Assembly (NCBI GenBank): GCA_964016885.1
Contig: OZ024743.1
Coordinates: 210,614,001 to 210,678,000 of the forward strand
Reading direction: 5' to 3'
Source of the DNA: Eledone cirrhosa
Lineage: Eukaryota
Length of the DNA stretch: 64,000 nt
This document shows, one piece after another, positions 30,001 to 45,358 of this stretch. A program made the position numbers and the translations under genes. Every line of letters starts with the position of its first letter. Position 1 is the first letter of the stretch. The notes under the pieces were generated by a model. It did no database searches, was not told the DNA's origin, and was given only the letters and a program-made list of their open reading frames with translations.

Positions 30001-30708
30001 ACCATTCTATAGCCACACATGAAAGCTCTTCACTCCATAAGATATACCACAGTTTACCATCCTATAGCCACAGATGAAAGCTCTTTACACCATGAGATAT
30101 ACCACAGTTTACCATCCTATAGCCACAGATGAAAGCTCTTCAGTCCATAAGATATACCACAGTTTACCATCCTATGGCCACACATGAAAGCTCTTCACCC
30201 ATAAGATATACCACAGTTTACCATCCTTTCGCAAGATGAAAGCTCTTCACTCCATAGGATATACCACAGTTTACCATCCTATAGCCACCCATGAAAGCTC
30301 TTCACTCCATAAGATATACCACAGTTTACCATCATATGGCCACACATCAAAGCTCTTCACTCCATAAGATATACCACAGTTTACCACCCTATAGCCAGAT
30401 GAAAGCTCTTCACTCCATAAGATATACCAGAGTTTATCATCCTATAGCCACACATGAAAGCTCTTCACTCCATAAGATATACCACAGTTTACCATCATAT
30501 AGCCACAGATGAATGCACATCACTCCATAAGATATACCACAGTTTACCATCCTATAGCCACAGATGAAAGCTCTTCACCCCATAAGATATACCAGAGTTT
30601 ACCATCCTATAGCCACAGATGAAAGCTCTTCGCTCCATAAGATATACCACAGTTTACCATCCTATAGCCACACATGAAAGCTCTTCACTCCATAAGATAT
30701 ACCACAGT
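27001..30708 (+). repeat. Tandem duplication, 1854-bp unit (~34 monomers), junction near 28855
   Basis: Offsets 27241>29095, 27623>29477 and 28437>30291 all equal 1854. Confidence 0.9.
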
Positions 30709-33700
30709 TTACCATCCTATAGCCACAGATGAAAGCTCTTCGCTCCATAAGATATACCACAGTTTACCATCCTATAGCCACACATGAAAGCTCTTCACTC
30801 CATGAGATATACCACAGTTTAACATCCTATAGCGACACATGAAAGCTCTTCACTCCATAAGATATACCACAGTTTACCATCCTGTAGCCAGATGAAAGCT
30901 CTTCACTCTATAAGATATACCACAGTTTACCATCCTATAGCCAGATGAAAGCTCTTCACTCCATAAGATATACCACAGTTTACCATCCTGTAGCCAGATG
31001 AAAGCTCTTCATTCCATAAGATATACCACAGTTTACCATCCTATAGCCACACATGAAAGCTCTTCACTCCATAAAATATACCACAGTTACCATCCTATAG
31101 GCAGATGAAAACTCTTCACTCCATAAGATATACCACAGTTTACCACCCTATAGCCAGATGAAAGCTCTTCACTCCATAAGATATACCAGTTTACCATCCT
31201 ATAGCCACAGATGAAAGCTCTTCGCTCCATAAGATATACCACAGTTTACCACCCTATAGCCAGATGAAAGATCTTCACTCCATAAGATATACCAGTTTAC
31301 CATCCTATAGCCACAGATGAAAGCTCTTCACTCCATAAGATATACCACAGTTTACTATCCTATAGCCACAGATGAAAGCTCTTCCCTCCATAAGATATAC
31401 CAGTTTACCATCCTATAGCCACAGATGAAAGCTCTTCACTCCATAAGATATACCACAGTTTACCACCCTATAGCCAGATGAAAGCTCTTCACTCCATAAG
31501 ATATACCAGAGTTTACCATCCTATAGCCACACATGAAAGCACTTCACTCCATAAGATATACCACAGTTTACCATCATATACCCACAGATAAATGCACATC
31601 ACTCCATAAGATATACCACAGTTTACCATCCTATAGCCACAGATGAAAGCTCTTCACCCCATAAGATATACCACAGTTTACCATCCTATAGCCACAGATG
31701 AAAGCTCTTCGCTCCATAAGATATACCACAGTTTACCATCCTATAGCCACACATGAAAGCTCTTCACTCCATAAGATATACCACAGTTTAACATCCTATA
31801 GCCACACATGAAAGCTCTTCACTCCATAAGATATACCACAGTTTACCATCCTGTAGCCAGATGAAAGCTCTTCACTCTATAAGATATACCACAGTTTACC
31901 ATCCTATAGCCAGATGAAAGCTCTTCACTCCATAAGATATACCACAGATTACCATCCTGTAGCCAGATGAAAGCTCTTCACTCCATAAGATATACCACAG
32001 ATTACCATCCTGTAGCCAGATGAAAGCTCTTCACTCCATAAGATATACAACAGTTTACCAACCTATAGCCACAGATGAAAGCTCTTCACTCCATAAGATA
32101 TACCACAGTTTACCATCCTATAGCCAGATGAAAGCTCTTCACTCCATAAGATATACCACAGTTTACCATCCTATAGCCACACATTAAAGCTCTTCACTCC
32201 ATAAGATATACCACAGTTTACCAACCTATAGCCACAGATGAAAGCTCTTCACTCCATAAGTTATACCACAGTTTACCATCCTATAGCCAGATGAAAGCTC
32301 TTCACTCCATAAGATATACCAGTTTACCATCATATAGCCACAGACGAAAGCTCTTCACTCCATAAGATATACCACAGTTTACCATCCTATAGCCAGATGA
32401 AAGCTCTTCACTCCATAAGATATACCACATTCTACCATCCTATAGCCAGATGAAACCCTTCACTCCATAAGATATACAACAGTTTACCATCCTATAGCCA
32501 CAGATGAAAGCTCTTCACTCCATAAAATATACCACAGTTTACCATCCTATGGCCACAGATGAAAGCTCTTCACTCCATAAGATATACCACAGTTTACCAT
32601 CCTATAGCCACACATGAAAGCTCTTCACTCCATAAGATATACCACAGTTTACCATCCTATAGCCATACATGAAAGCTCTTCAGTCCATAAGATATACCAC
32701 AGTTTACCATCTTATAGCCACACATGAAAGCTGTTCACTCCATGAGATATACCACAGTTTACCATCCTATAGCCATGCATGAAAGCTCTTCAGTCCATAA
32801 GATATACCACAGTTTACCATCCTATAGCCACAGATGAAAGCTCTTCACTCCATAATATATACCACAGTTTAACATCCGATAGCGAGATGAAAGCTCTTCA
32901 CTCCATAAGATATACCACGGTTTACCATCCTATAGCGACACATGAAAGCTCTTCACTCCATAAGATATACCACAGTTTACCATCCTATAGCTACAGATGA
33001 AAGCTCTTCACTCCATAAGATATACCACAGTTTACCATCCTATGGCCACACATGAAAGCTCTTCACTCCATAAGATATACCACAGTTTACCATCCTTTCG
33101 CAAGATGAAAGCTCTTCACTCCATAGGATATACCACAGTTTACCATCCTATAGCCACCCATGAAAGCTCTTCACTCCATAAGATATACCACAGTTTACCA
33201 TCATATGGCCACACATCAAAGCTCTTCACCCATGAGATATACCACAGTTTACCATCCTGTAGCCAGATGAAAGCTCTTCACTCCATAAGATATACAACAG
33301 TTTACCATCCTATAGCCACACATGAAAGCTCTTCACTCCATAAGATATACCACAGTTTACCATCATATAGCCACAGATGAATGCACATCACTCCATAAGA
33401 TATACCACAGTTTACCATCCTATAGCCACAGATGAAAGCTCTTCACCCCATAAGATATACCAGAATTTACCATCCTATAGCCACAGATGAAAGCTCTTCG
33501 CTCCATAAGATATACCACAGTTTACCATCCTATAGCCACACATGAAAGCTCTTCACTCCTTAAGATATACCACAGTTTACCATCCTATAGCCACAGATGA
33601 AAGCTCTTCGCTCCATAAGATATACCACAGTTTACCATCCTATAGCCACACATGAAAGCTCTTCACTCCATGAGATATACCACAGTTTAACATCCTATAG

Positions 33701-36700
33701 CGACACATGAAAGCTCTTCACTCCATAAGATATACCACAGTTTACCATCCTGTAGCCAGATGAAAGCTCTTCACTCTATAAGATATACCACAGTTTACCA
33801 TCCTATAGCCAGATGAAAGCTCTTCACTCCATAAGATATACCACAGTTTACCATCCTGTAGCCAGATGAAAGCTCTTCATTCCATAAGATATACCACAGT
33901 TTACCATCCTATAGCCACACATGAAAGCTCTTCACTCCATAAGATATACCACAGTTACCATCCTATAGGCAGATGAAAACTCTTCACTCCATAAGATATA
34001 CCACAGTTTACCACCCTATAGCCAGATGAAAGCTCTTCACTCCATAAGATATACCAGTTTACCATCCTATAGCCACAGATGAAAGCTCTTCGCTCCATAA
34101 GATATACCACAGTTTACCACCCTATAGCCAGATGAAAGCTCTTCACTCCATAAGATATAGCACAGTTTACCATCCTATAGCCACAGATGAAAGCTCTTCA
34201 TTCCATAAGATATACCACAGTTTACCATCCTATTGCCACACATGAAAGCTCTTCACTCCATAAGATATACCACAGTTTACCATGTTATAGCCACACATGA
34301 AAGCTCTTCAATCCATAAGATATACCACAGTTTACCATCCTATAGCCACAGATGAAAGCTCTTCACTCCATAAGATATACTACAGTTTACCATCCTATGG
34401 CCACACATGAAAGCTCTTCACTCCATAGGATATACCACAGTTTACCAGCCTATAGCCACACATGAAAGCTCTTCACTCCATAGGATATACCACAGTTTAC
34501 CATCCTATAGCCACACATGAAAGCTCTTCACTCCATAACCATAGTTTACCATTCTATAGCCACACATGAAAGCTCTTCACTCCATAAGATATACCACAGT
34601 TTACCATCCTATAGCCACAGATGAAAGCTCTTTACACCATGAGATATACCACAGTTTACCATCCTATAGCCACAGATGAAAGCTCTTCAGTCCATAAGAT
34701 ATACCACAGTTTACCATCCTATGGCCACACATGAAAGCTCTTCACCCATAAGATATACCACAGTTTACCATCCTTTCGCAAGATGAAAGCTCTTCACTCC
34801 ATAGGATATACCACAGTTTACCATCCTATAGCCACCCATGAAAGCTCTTCACTCCATAAGATATACCACAGTTTACCATCATATGGCCACACATCAAAGC
34901 TCTTCACTCCATAAGATATACCACAGTTTACCACCCTATAGCCAGATGAAAGCTCTTCACTCCATAAGATATACCAGAGTTTATCATCCTATAGCCACAC
35001 ATGAAAGCTCTTCACTCCATAAGATATACCACAGTTTACCATCATATAGCCACAGATGAATGCACATCACTCCATAAGATATACCACAGTTTACCATCCT
35101 ATAGCCACAGATGAAAGCTCTTCACCCCATAAGATATACCAGAGTTTACCATCCTATAGCCACAGATGAAAGCTCTTCGCTCCATAAGATATACCACAGT
35201 TTACCATCCTATAGCCACACATGAAAGCTCTTCACTCCATAAGATATACCACAGTTTACCATCTTATAGCCACACATGAAAGCTGTTCACTCCATAAGAT
35301 ATACCACAGTTTACCATCCTATAGCCATGCATGAAAGCTCTTCAGTCCATAAGATATACCACGGTTTACCATCCTATAGCCACACATGAAAGCTCTTCAC
35401 TCCATAAGATATACCACAGTTTACCATCCTATAGCCACAGATGAAAGCTCTTCACTCCATAAGATATACCACAGTTTACCATCCTATGGCCACACATGAA
35501 AGCTCTTCACACCATAAGATATACCACAGTTTACCATCCTATAGCCATGCATGAAAGCTCTTCAGTCCATAAGATATACCACAGTTTACCATCCTATAGC
35601 CAGATGAAAGCTCTTCACTCCATAAGATATACCACAGTTTACCATCCTATAGCCACAGATGAAAGCTCTTCACTCCATAAGATATACCACAGTTTACCAT
35701 CCTATGGCCACACATGAAAGCTCTTCACACCATAAGATATACCACAGTTTACCATCCTATAGCCACACATGAAACTCTTCACTCCATAGGATATACCACA
35801 GTTTACCATCCTATAGCCACACATGAATGCTCTTCACTCCATAGGATATACCACAGTTTACCATCCTATAGCCATACATGAAAGCTCTTCAGTCCATAAG
35901 ATATACCACAGTTTACCATCCTATAGCCACAGATGAAAGCTCTTCACTCCATAAGATATACTACAGTTTACCATCCTATAGCCAGATGAAAGCTCTTCAC
36001 TCCATAAGATATAGCACAGTTTACCATCCTATAGCCACAGATGAAAGCTCTTCATTCCATAAGATATACCACAGTTTACCATCCTATTGCCACACATGAA
36101 AGCTCTTCACTCCATAAGATATACCACAGTTTACCATGTTATAGCCACACATGAAAGCTCTTCAATCCATAAGATATACCACAGTTTACCATCCTATAGC
36201 CACAGATGAAAGCTCTTCACTCCATAAGATATACTACAGTTTACCATCCTATGGCCACACATGAAAGCTCTTCACTCCATAGGATATACCACAGTTTACC
36301 AGCCTATAGCCACACATGAAAGCTCTTCACTCCATAGGATATACCACAGTTTACCATCCTATAGCCACACATGAAAGCTCTTCACTCCATAACCATAATT
36401 TACCATTCTATAGCCACACATGAAAGCTCTTCACTCCATAAGATATACCACAGTTTACCATCCTATAGCCACAGATGAAAGCTCTTTACACCATGAGATA
36501 TACCACAGTTTACCATCCTATAGCCACAGATGAAAGCTCTTCAGTCCATAAGATATACCACAGTTTACCATCCTATGGCCACACATGAAAGCTCTTCACC
36601 CATAAGATATACCACAGTTTACCATCCTTTCGCAAGATGAAAGCTCTTCACTCCATAGGATATACCACAGTTTACCATCCTATAGCCACCCATGAAAGCT

Positions 36701-39700
36701 CTTCACTCCATAAGATATACCACAGTTTACCATCATATGGCCACACATCAAAGCTCTTCACTCCATAAGATATACCACAGTTTACCACCCTATAGCCAGA
36801 TGAAAGCTCTTCACTCCATAAGATATACCAGAGTTTATCATCCTATAGCCACACATGAAAGCTCTTCACTCCATAAGATATACCACAGTTTACCATCATA
36901 TAGCCACAGATGAATGCACATCACTCCATAAGATATACCACAGTTTACCATCCTATAGCCACAGATGAAAGCTCTTCACCCCATAAGATATACCAGAGTT
37001 TACCATCCTATAGCCACAGATGAAAGCTCTTCGCTCCATAAGATATACCACAGTTTACCATCCTATAGCCACACATGAAAGCTCTTCACTCCATAAGATA
37101 TACCACAGTTTACCATCCTATAGCCACAGATGAAAGCTCTTCGCTCCATAAGATATACCACAGTTTACCATCCTATAGCCACACATGAAAGCTCTTCACT
37201 CCATGAGATATACCACAGTTTAACATCCTATAGCGACACATGAAAGCTCTTCACTCCATAAGATATACCACAGTTTACCATCCTGTAGCCAGATGAAAGC
37301 TCTTCACTCTATAAGATATACCACAGTTTACCATCCTATAGCCAGATGAAAGCTCTTCACTCCATAAGATATACCACAGTTTACCATCCTGTAGCCAGAT
37401 GAAAGCTCTTCATTCCATAAGATATACCACAGTTTACCATCCTATAGCCACACATGAAAGCTCTTCACTCCATAAAATATACCACAGTTACCATCCTATA
37501 GGCAGATGAAAACTCTTCACTCCATAAGATATACCACAGTTTACCACCCTATAGCCAGATGAAAGCTCTTCACTCCATAAGATATACCAGTTTACCATCC
37601 TATAGCCACAGATGAAAGCTCTTCGCTCCATAAGATATACCACAGTTTACCACCCTATAGCCAGATGAAAGATCTTCACTCCATAAGATATACCAGTTTA
37701 CCATCCTATAGCCACAGATGAAAGCTCTTCACTCCATAAGATATACCACAGTTTACTATCCTATAGCCACAGATGAAAGCTCTTCCCTCCATAAGATATA
37801 CCAGTTTACCATCCTATAGCCACAGATGAAAGCTCTTCACTCCATAAGATATACCACAGTTTACCACCCTATAGCCAGATGAAAGCTCTTCACTCCATAA
37901 GATATACCAGAGTTTACCATCCTATAGCCACACATGAAAGCACTTCACTCCATAAGATATACCACAGTTTACCATCATATACCCACAGATAAATGCACAT
38001 CACTCCATAAGATATACCACAGTTTACCATCCTATAGCCACAGATGAAAGCTCTTCACCCCATAAGATATACCACAGTTTACCATCCTATAGCCACAGAT
38101 GAAAGCTCTTCGCTCCATAAGATATACCACAGTTTACCATCCTATAGCCACACATGAAAGCTCTTCACTCCATAAGATATACCACAGTTTAACATCCTAT
38201 AGCCACACATGAAAGCTCTTCACTCCATAAGATATACCACAGTTTACCATCCTGTAGCCAGATGAAAGCTCTTCACTCTATAAGATATACCACAGTTTAC
38301 CATCCTATAGCCAGATGAAAGCTCTTCACTCCATAAGATATACCACAGATTACCATCCTGTAGCCAGATGAAAGCTCTTCACTCCATAAGATATACCACA
38401 GATTACCATCCTGTAGCCAGATGAAAGCTCTTCACTCCATAAGATATACAACAGTTTACCAACCTATAGCCACAGATGAAAGCTCTTCACTCCATAAGAT
38501 ATACCACAGTTTACCATCCTATAGCCAGATGAAAGCTCTTCACTCCATAAGATATACCACAGTTTACCATCCTATAGCCACACATTAAAGCTCTTCACTC
38601 CATAAGATATACCACAGTTTACCAACCTATAGCCACAGATGAAAGCTCTTCACTCCATAAGTTATACCACAGTTTACCATCCTATAGCCAGATGAAAGCT
38701 CTTCACTCCATAAGATATACCAGTTTACCATCATATAGCCACAGACGAAAGCTCTTCACTCCATAAGATATACCACAGTTTACCATCCTATAGCCAGATG
38801 AAAGCTCTTCACTCCATAAGATATACCACATTCTACCATCCTATAGCCAGATGAAACCCTTCACTCCATAAGATATACAACAGTTTACCATCCTATAGCC
38901 ACAGATGAAAGCTCTTCACTCCATAAAATATACCACAGTTTACCATCCTATGGCCACAGATGAAAGCTCTTCACTCCATAAGATATACCACAGTTTACCA
39001 TCCTATAGCCACACATGAAAGCTCTTCACTCCATAAGATATACCACAGTTTACCATCCTATAGCCATACATGAAAGCTCTTCAGTCCATAAGATATACCA
39101 CAGTTTACCATCTTATAGCCACACATGAAAGCTGTTCACTCCATGAGATATACCACAGTTTACCATCCTATAGCCATGCATGAAAGCTCTTCAGTCCATA
39201 AGATATACCACAGTTTACCATCCTATAGCCACAGATGAAAGCTCTTCACTCCATAATATATACCACAGTTTAACATCCGATAGCGAGATGAAAGCTCTTC
39301 ACTCCATAAGATATACCACGGTTTACCATCCTATAGCGACACATGAAAGCTCTTCACTCCATAAGATATACCACAGTTTACCATCCTATAGCTACAGATG
39401 AAAGCTCTTCACTCCATAAGATATACCACAGTTTACCATCCTATGGCCACACATGAAAGCTCTTCACTCCATAAGATATACCACAGTTTACCATCCTTTC
39501 GCAAGATGAAAGCTCTTCACTCCATAGGATATACCACAGTTTACCATCCTATAGCCACCCATGAAAGCTCTTCACTCCATAAGATATACCACAGTTTACC
39601 ATCATATGGCCACACATCAAAGCTCTTCACCCATGAGATATACCACAGTTTACCATCCTGTAGCCAGATGAAAGCTCTTCACTCCATAAGATATACAACA

Positions 39701-39956
39701 GTTTACCATCCTATAGCCACACATGAAAGCTCTTCACTCCATAAGATATACCACAGTTTACCATCATATAGCCACAGATGAATGCACATCACTCCATAAG
39801 ATATACCACAGTTTACCATCCTATAGCCACAGATGAAAGCTCTTCACCCCATAAGATATACCAGAATTTACCATCCTATAGCCACAGATGAAAGCTCTTC
39901 GCTCCATAAGATATACCACAGTTTACCATCCTATAGCCACACATGAAAGCTCTTCA
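27731..39956 (+). repeat. Tandem duplication, 6401-bp offset (27731-~33555 matches 34132-~39956), junction near 34132
   Basis: Offsets 28437>34838, 29095>35496, 29477>35878, 30291>36692, 32779>39180 and 32997>39398 all equal 6401. The rare variant ccagaattta occurs at ~33460 and ~39861. Confidence 0.9.
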
Positions 39957-42900
39957 CTCCATGAGATATACCACAGTTTAACATCCTATAGCGACACATG
40001 AAAGCTCTTCACTCCATAAGATATACCACAGTTTACCATCCTGTCGCCAGATGAAAGCTCTTCACTCTATAAGATATACCACAGTTTACCATCCTATAGC
40101 CAGATGAAAGCTCTTCACTCCATAAGATATACCACAGTTTACCATCCTGTAGCCAGATGAAAGCTCTTCATTCCATAAGATATACCACAGTTTACCATCC
40201 TATAGCCACACATGAAAGCTCTTCACTCCATAAGATATACCACAGTTACCATCCTATAGGCAGATGAAAACTCTTCACTCCATAAGATATACCACAGTTT
40301 ACCACCCTATAGCCAGATGAAAGCTCTTCACTCCATAAGATATACCAGTTTACCATCCTATAGCCACAGATGAAAGCTCTTCGCTCCATAAGATATACCA
40401 CAGTTTACCACCCTATAGCCAGATGAAAGATCTTCACTCCATAAGATATACCAGTTTACCATCCTATAGCCACAGATGAAAGCTCTTCACTCCATAAGAT
40501 ATACCACAGTTTACTATCCTATAGCCACAGATGAAAGCTCTTCACTCCATAAGATATACCAGTTTACCATCCTATACCCACAGATGAAAGCTCTTCACTC
40601 CATAAGATATACCACAGTTTACCACCCTATAGCCAGATGAAAGCTCTTCACTCCATAAGATATACCACAGTTTACCATCCTATTGCCACACATGAAAGCT
40701 CTTCACTCCATAAGATATACCACAGTTTACCATCATATACCCACAGATAAATGCACAACACTCCATAAGATATACCACAGTTTACCATCCTATAGCCACA
40801 GATGAAAGCTCTTCACCCCATAAGATATACCACAGTTTACCATCCTATAGCCACAGATGAAAGCTCTTCGCTCCATAAGATATACCACAGTTTACCATCC
40901 TATAGCCACACATGAAAGCTCTTCACTCCATAAGATATACCACAGTTTAACATCCTATAGCCACACATGAAAGCTCTTCACTCCATAAGATATACCACAG
41001 TTTACCATCCTGTAGCCAGATGAAAGCTCTTCACTCCATAAGATATACAACAGTTTACCAACCTATAGCCACAGATGAAAGCTCTTCACTCCATAAGATA
41101 TACCACAGTTTACCATCCTATAGCCAGATGAAAGCTCTTCACTCCATAAGATATACCACAGTTTACCATCCTATAGCCACACATTAAAGCTCTTCACTCC
41201 ATAAGATATACCACAGTTTACCAACCTATAGCCACAGATGAAAGCTCTTCACTCCATAAGTTATACCACAGTTTACCATCCTATAGCCAGATGAAAGCTC
41301 TTCACTCCATAAGATATACCAGTTTACCATCATATAGCCACAGATGAAAGCTCTTCACTCCATAAGATATACCACAGTTTACCATCCTATAGCCAGATGA
41401 AAGCTCTTCACTCCATAAGATATACCACATTCTACCATCCTATAGCCAGATGAAACCCTTCACTCCATAAGATATACAACAGTTTACCATCCTATAGCCA
41501 CAGATGAAAGCTCTTCACTCCATAAAATATACCACAGTTTACCATCCTATGGCCACAGATGAAAGCTCTTCACTCCATAAGATATACCACAGTTTACCAT
41601 CCTATAGCCACACATGAAAGCTCTTCACTCCATAAGATATACCACAGTTTACCATCCTATAGCCATACATGAAAGCTCTTCAGTCCATAAGATATACCAC
41701 AGTTTACCATCTTATAGCCACACATGAAAGCTGTTCACTCCATGAGATATACCACAGTTTACCATCCTATAACCATGCATGAAAGCTCTTCAGTCCATAA
41801 GATATACCACAGTTTACCATCCTATAGCCACAGATGAAAGCTCTTCACTCCATAATATATACCACAGTTTAACATCCGATAGCGAGATGAAAGCTCTTCA
41901 CTCCATAAGATATACCACGGTTTACCATCCTATAGCGACACATGAAAGCTCTTCACTCCATAAGATATACCACAGTTTACCATCCTATAGCTACAGATGA
42001 AAGCTCTTCACTCCATAAGATATACCACAGTTTACCATCCTATGGCCACACATGAAAGCTCTTCACTCCATAAGATATACCACAGTTTACCATCCTTTCG
42101 CAAGACGAAAGCTCTTCACTCCATAGGATATACCACAGTTTACCATCCTATAGCCACCCATGAAAGCTCTTCACTCCATAAGATATACCACAGTTTACCA
42201 TCATATGGCCACACATCAAAGCTCTTCACCCATGAGATATACCACAGTTTACCATCCTGTAGCCAGATGAAAGCTCTTCACTCCATAAGATATACAACAG
42301 TTTACCATCCTATAGCCACACATGAAAGCTCTTCACTCCTTAACCATAGTTTACCATTCTATAGCCACACATGAAAGCTCTTCACTCCATAAGATATACC
42401 ACAGTTTAATATCCTATAGCCACAGATGAAAGCTCTTTACACCATGAGATATACCACAATTTACCATCCTATAGCCAGATGAACGCTCTTCACTCCATAA
42501 GATATACCACAGTTTACCATCCTATCTCCACAGATGAAAGCTCTTCAGTCCATAAGATATACCACAGTTTACCATCCTATGGCCACACATGAAAGCTCTT
42601 CACCCATAAGATATACCACAGTTTACCATCCTTTCGCAAGATGAAAGCTCTTCACTCCATAGGATATACCACAGTTTACCATCCTATAGCCACACATGAA
42701 AGCTCATCACTCCATAAGATATACCACAGTTTAGCATCCTATAGCCAGATGAAAACTCTTCACTCCATAAGATATAGCAGTTTACCATCCTATAGCCACA
42801 CATGAAAGTTCTTCACTCCATAAGATATACCACAGTTTACCACCCTATAGCCAGATGAAAGCTCTTCACTCCATAAGATATACCAGTTTACCATCCTATA

Positions 42901-45358
42901 GCCACAGATGAAAGCTCTTCACTCCACAAGATATACCACAGTTCACCACCCTATAGCCAGATGAAAGCTCTTCACTCCATAAGATATACCACAGTTTACC
43001 ATCCTATAGCCACACATGAAAGCTCTTCACTCCATAAGATATACCACAGTTTACCATCATATAGCCACAGATGAATGCACATCACTCCATAAGATATACC
43101 ACAGTTTACCATCCTATAGCCACAGATGAAAGCTCTTCACCACATAACATATACCACAGTTTACCATCCTATATCCAGATGAAAGCTCTTCACTCCATAA
43201 GATATACCACAGTTTACCATCCTATAGCCACACATGAAAGCTCTTCACTCCATAAGATATACCACAGTTTACCATCCTATAGCCACAGATGAAAGCACTT
43301 CACTCCATAAGATATACCACAGTTTACCATCCTATAGCCACACATGAAAGCTCTTCACTCCATAAGATATACCACAGTTTAACATCCTATAGCCACACAT
43401 GAAAGCTCTTCACTCCATAAGATATACCACAGTTTACCATCCTGTAGCCAGATGAAAGCTCTTTACTCCGTAAGATATACCACAGTTTACCATCTTATAG
43501 CCACAGATGAAAGCTCTTCACCCCATAAGATATACCACAGTTTACCATCCTATAGCCACACATGAAAGCTCTTCACTCCATAAGATATACCACAGTTTAC
43601 CATCCTATAGCCATACATGAAAGCTCTTCAGTCCATAAGATATACCACAGTTTACCATCTTATAGCCACACATGAAAGCTGTTTACTCCATAAGATATAC
43701 CACAGTTTACCATCCTATAGCCATGCATGAAAGCTCTTCAGTCCATAAGATATACCACAGTTTACCATCCTATAGCCACAGATGAAAGCTCTTCACTCCA
43801 TAAGATATACCACAGTTTACCATCCTATAGCCATGCATGAAAGCTCTTCAGTCCATAAGATATACCACAGTTTACCATCCTATAGCCACAGATGAAAGCT
43901 CTTCACTCCATAATATATACCACAGTTTAACATCCGATAGCGAGATGAAAGCTCTTCACTCCATAAGATATACCACGGTTTACCATCCTATAGCCACACA
44001 TGAAAGCTCTTCACTCCATAAGATATACCACAGTTTACCATCCTATAGCCACAGATGAAAGCTCTTCACTCCATAAGATATACCACAGTTTACCATCCTA
44101 TGGCCACACATGAAAGCTCTTCACACCATAAGATATACCACAGTTTACCATCCTATAGCCACACATGAAACTCTTCACTCCATAAGATATACCACAGTTT
44201 ACCATCCTATAGCCATGCATGAAAGCTCTTCAGTCCATAAGATATACCACAGTTTACCATCCTATAGCCAGATGAAAGCTCTTCATTCCATAAGATATAC
44301 CACAGTTTACCATCCTATAGCCACAGATGAAAGCTCTTCACTCCATAAGATATACCACAGTTTACCATCCTATGGCCACACATGAAAGCTCTTCACACCA
44401 TAAGATATACCACAGTTTACCATCCTATGGCCACACATGAAAGCTCTTCACACCATAAGATATACCACAGTTTACCATCCTATAGCCACACATGAAACTC
44501 TTCACTCCATAGGATATACCACAGTTTACCATCCTATAGCCACACATGAATGCTCTTCACTCCATAGTATATACCACAGTTTACCATCCTATAGCCATAC
44601 ATGAAAGCTCTTCAGTCCATAAGATATACCACAGTTTACCATCCTATAGCCACAGATGAAAGCTCTTCACTCCATAAGATATACTACAGTTTACCATCCT
44701 ATAGCCAGATGAAAGCTCTTCACTCCATAAGATATAGCACAGTTTACCATCCTATAGCCACAGATGAAAGCTCTTCACTCCATAAGATATACCACAGTTT
44801 ACCATCCTGTAGCCAGATGAAAGCTCTTCACTCCATAAGATATACCACAGTTTACCATCCTATAGCCACAGATGAAAGCTCTTCACCCCATAAGATATAC
44901 CACAGTTTACCATCCTATGGCCACACATGAAAGCTCTTCACTCCATAGGATATACCACAGTTTACCAGCCTATAGCCACACATGAAAGCTCTTCACTCCA
45001 TAGGATATACCACAGTTTACCATCCTATAGCCACACATGAAAGCTCTTCACTCCATAACCATAGTTTACCATTCTATAGCCACACATGAAAGCTCTTCAC
45101 TCCATAAGATATACCACAGTTTACCATCCTATAGCCACAGATGAAAGCTCTTTACACCATGAGATATACCACAGTTTACCATCCTATAGCCACAGATGAA
45201 AGCTCTTCAGTCCATAAGATATACCACAGTTTACCATCCTATGGCCACACATGAAAGCTCTTCACCCATAAGATATACCACAGTTTACCATCCTTTCGCA
45301 AGATGAAAGCTCTTCACTCCATAGGATATACCACACTTTACCATCCTATAGCCACCCA

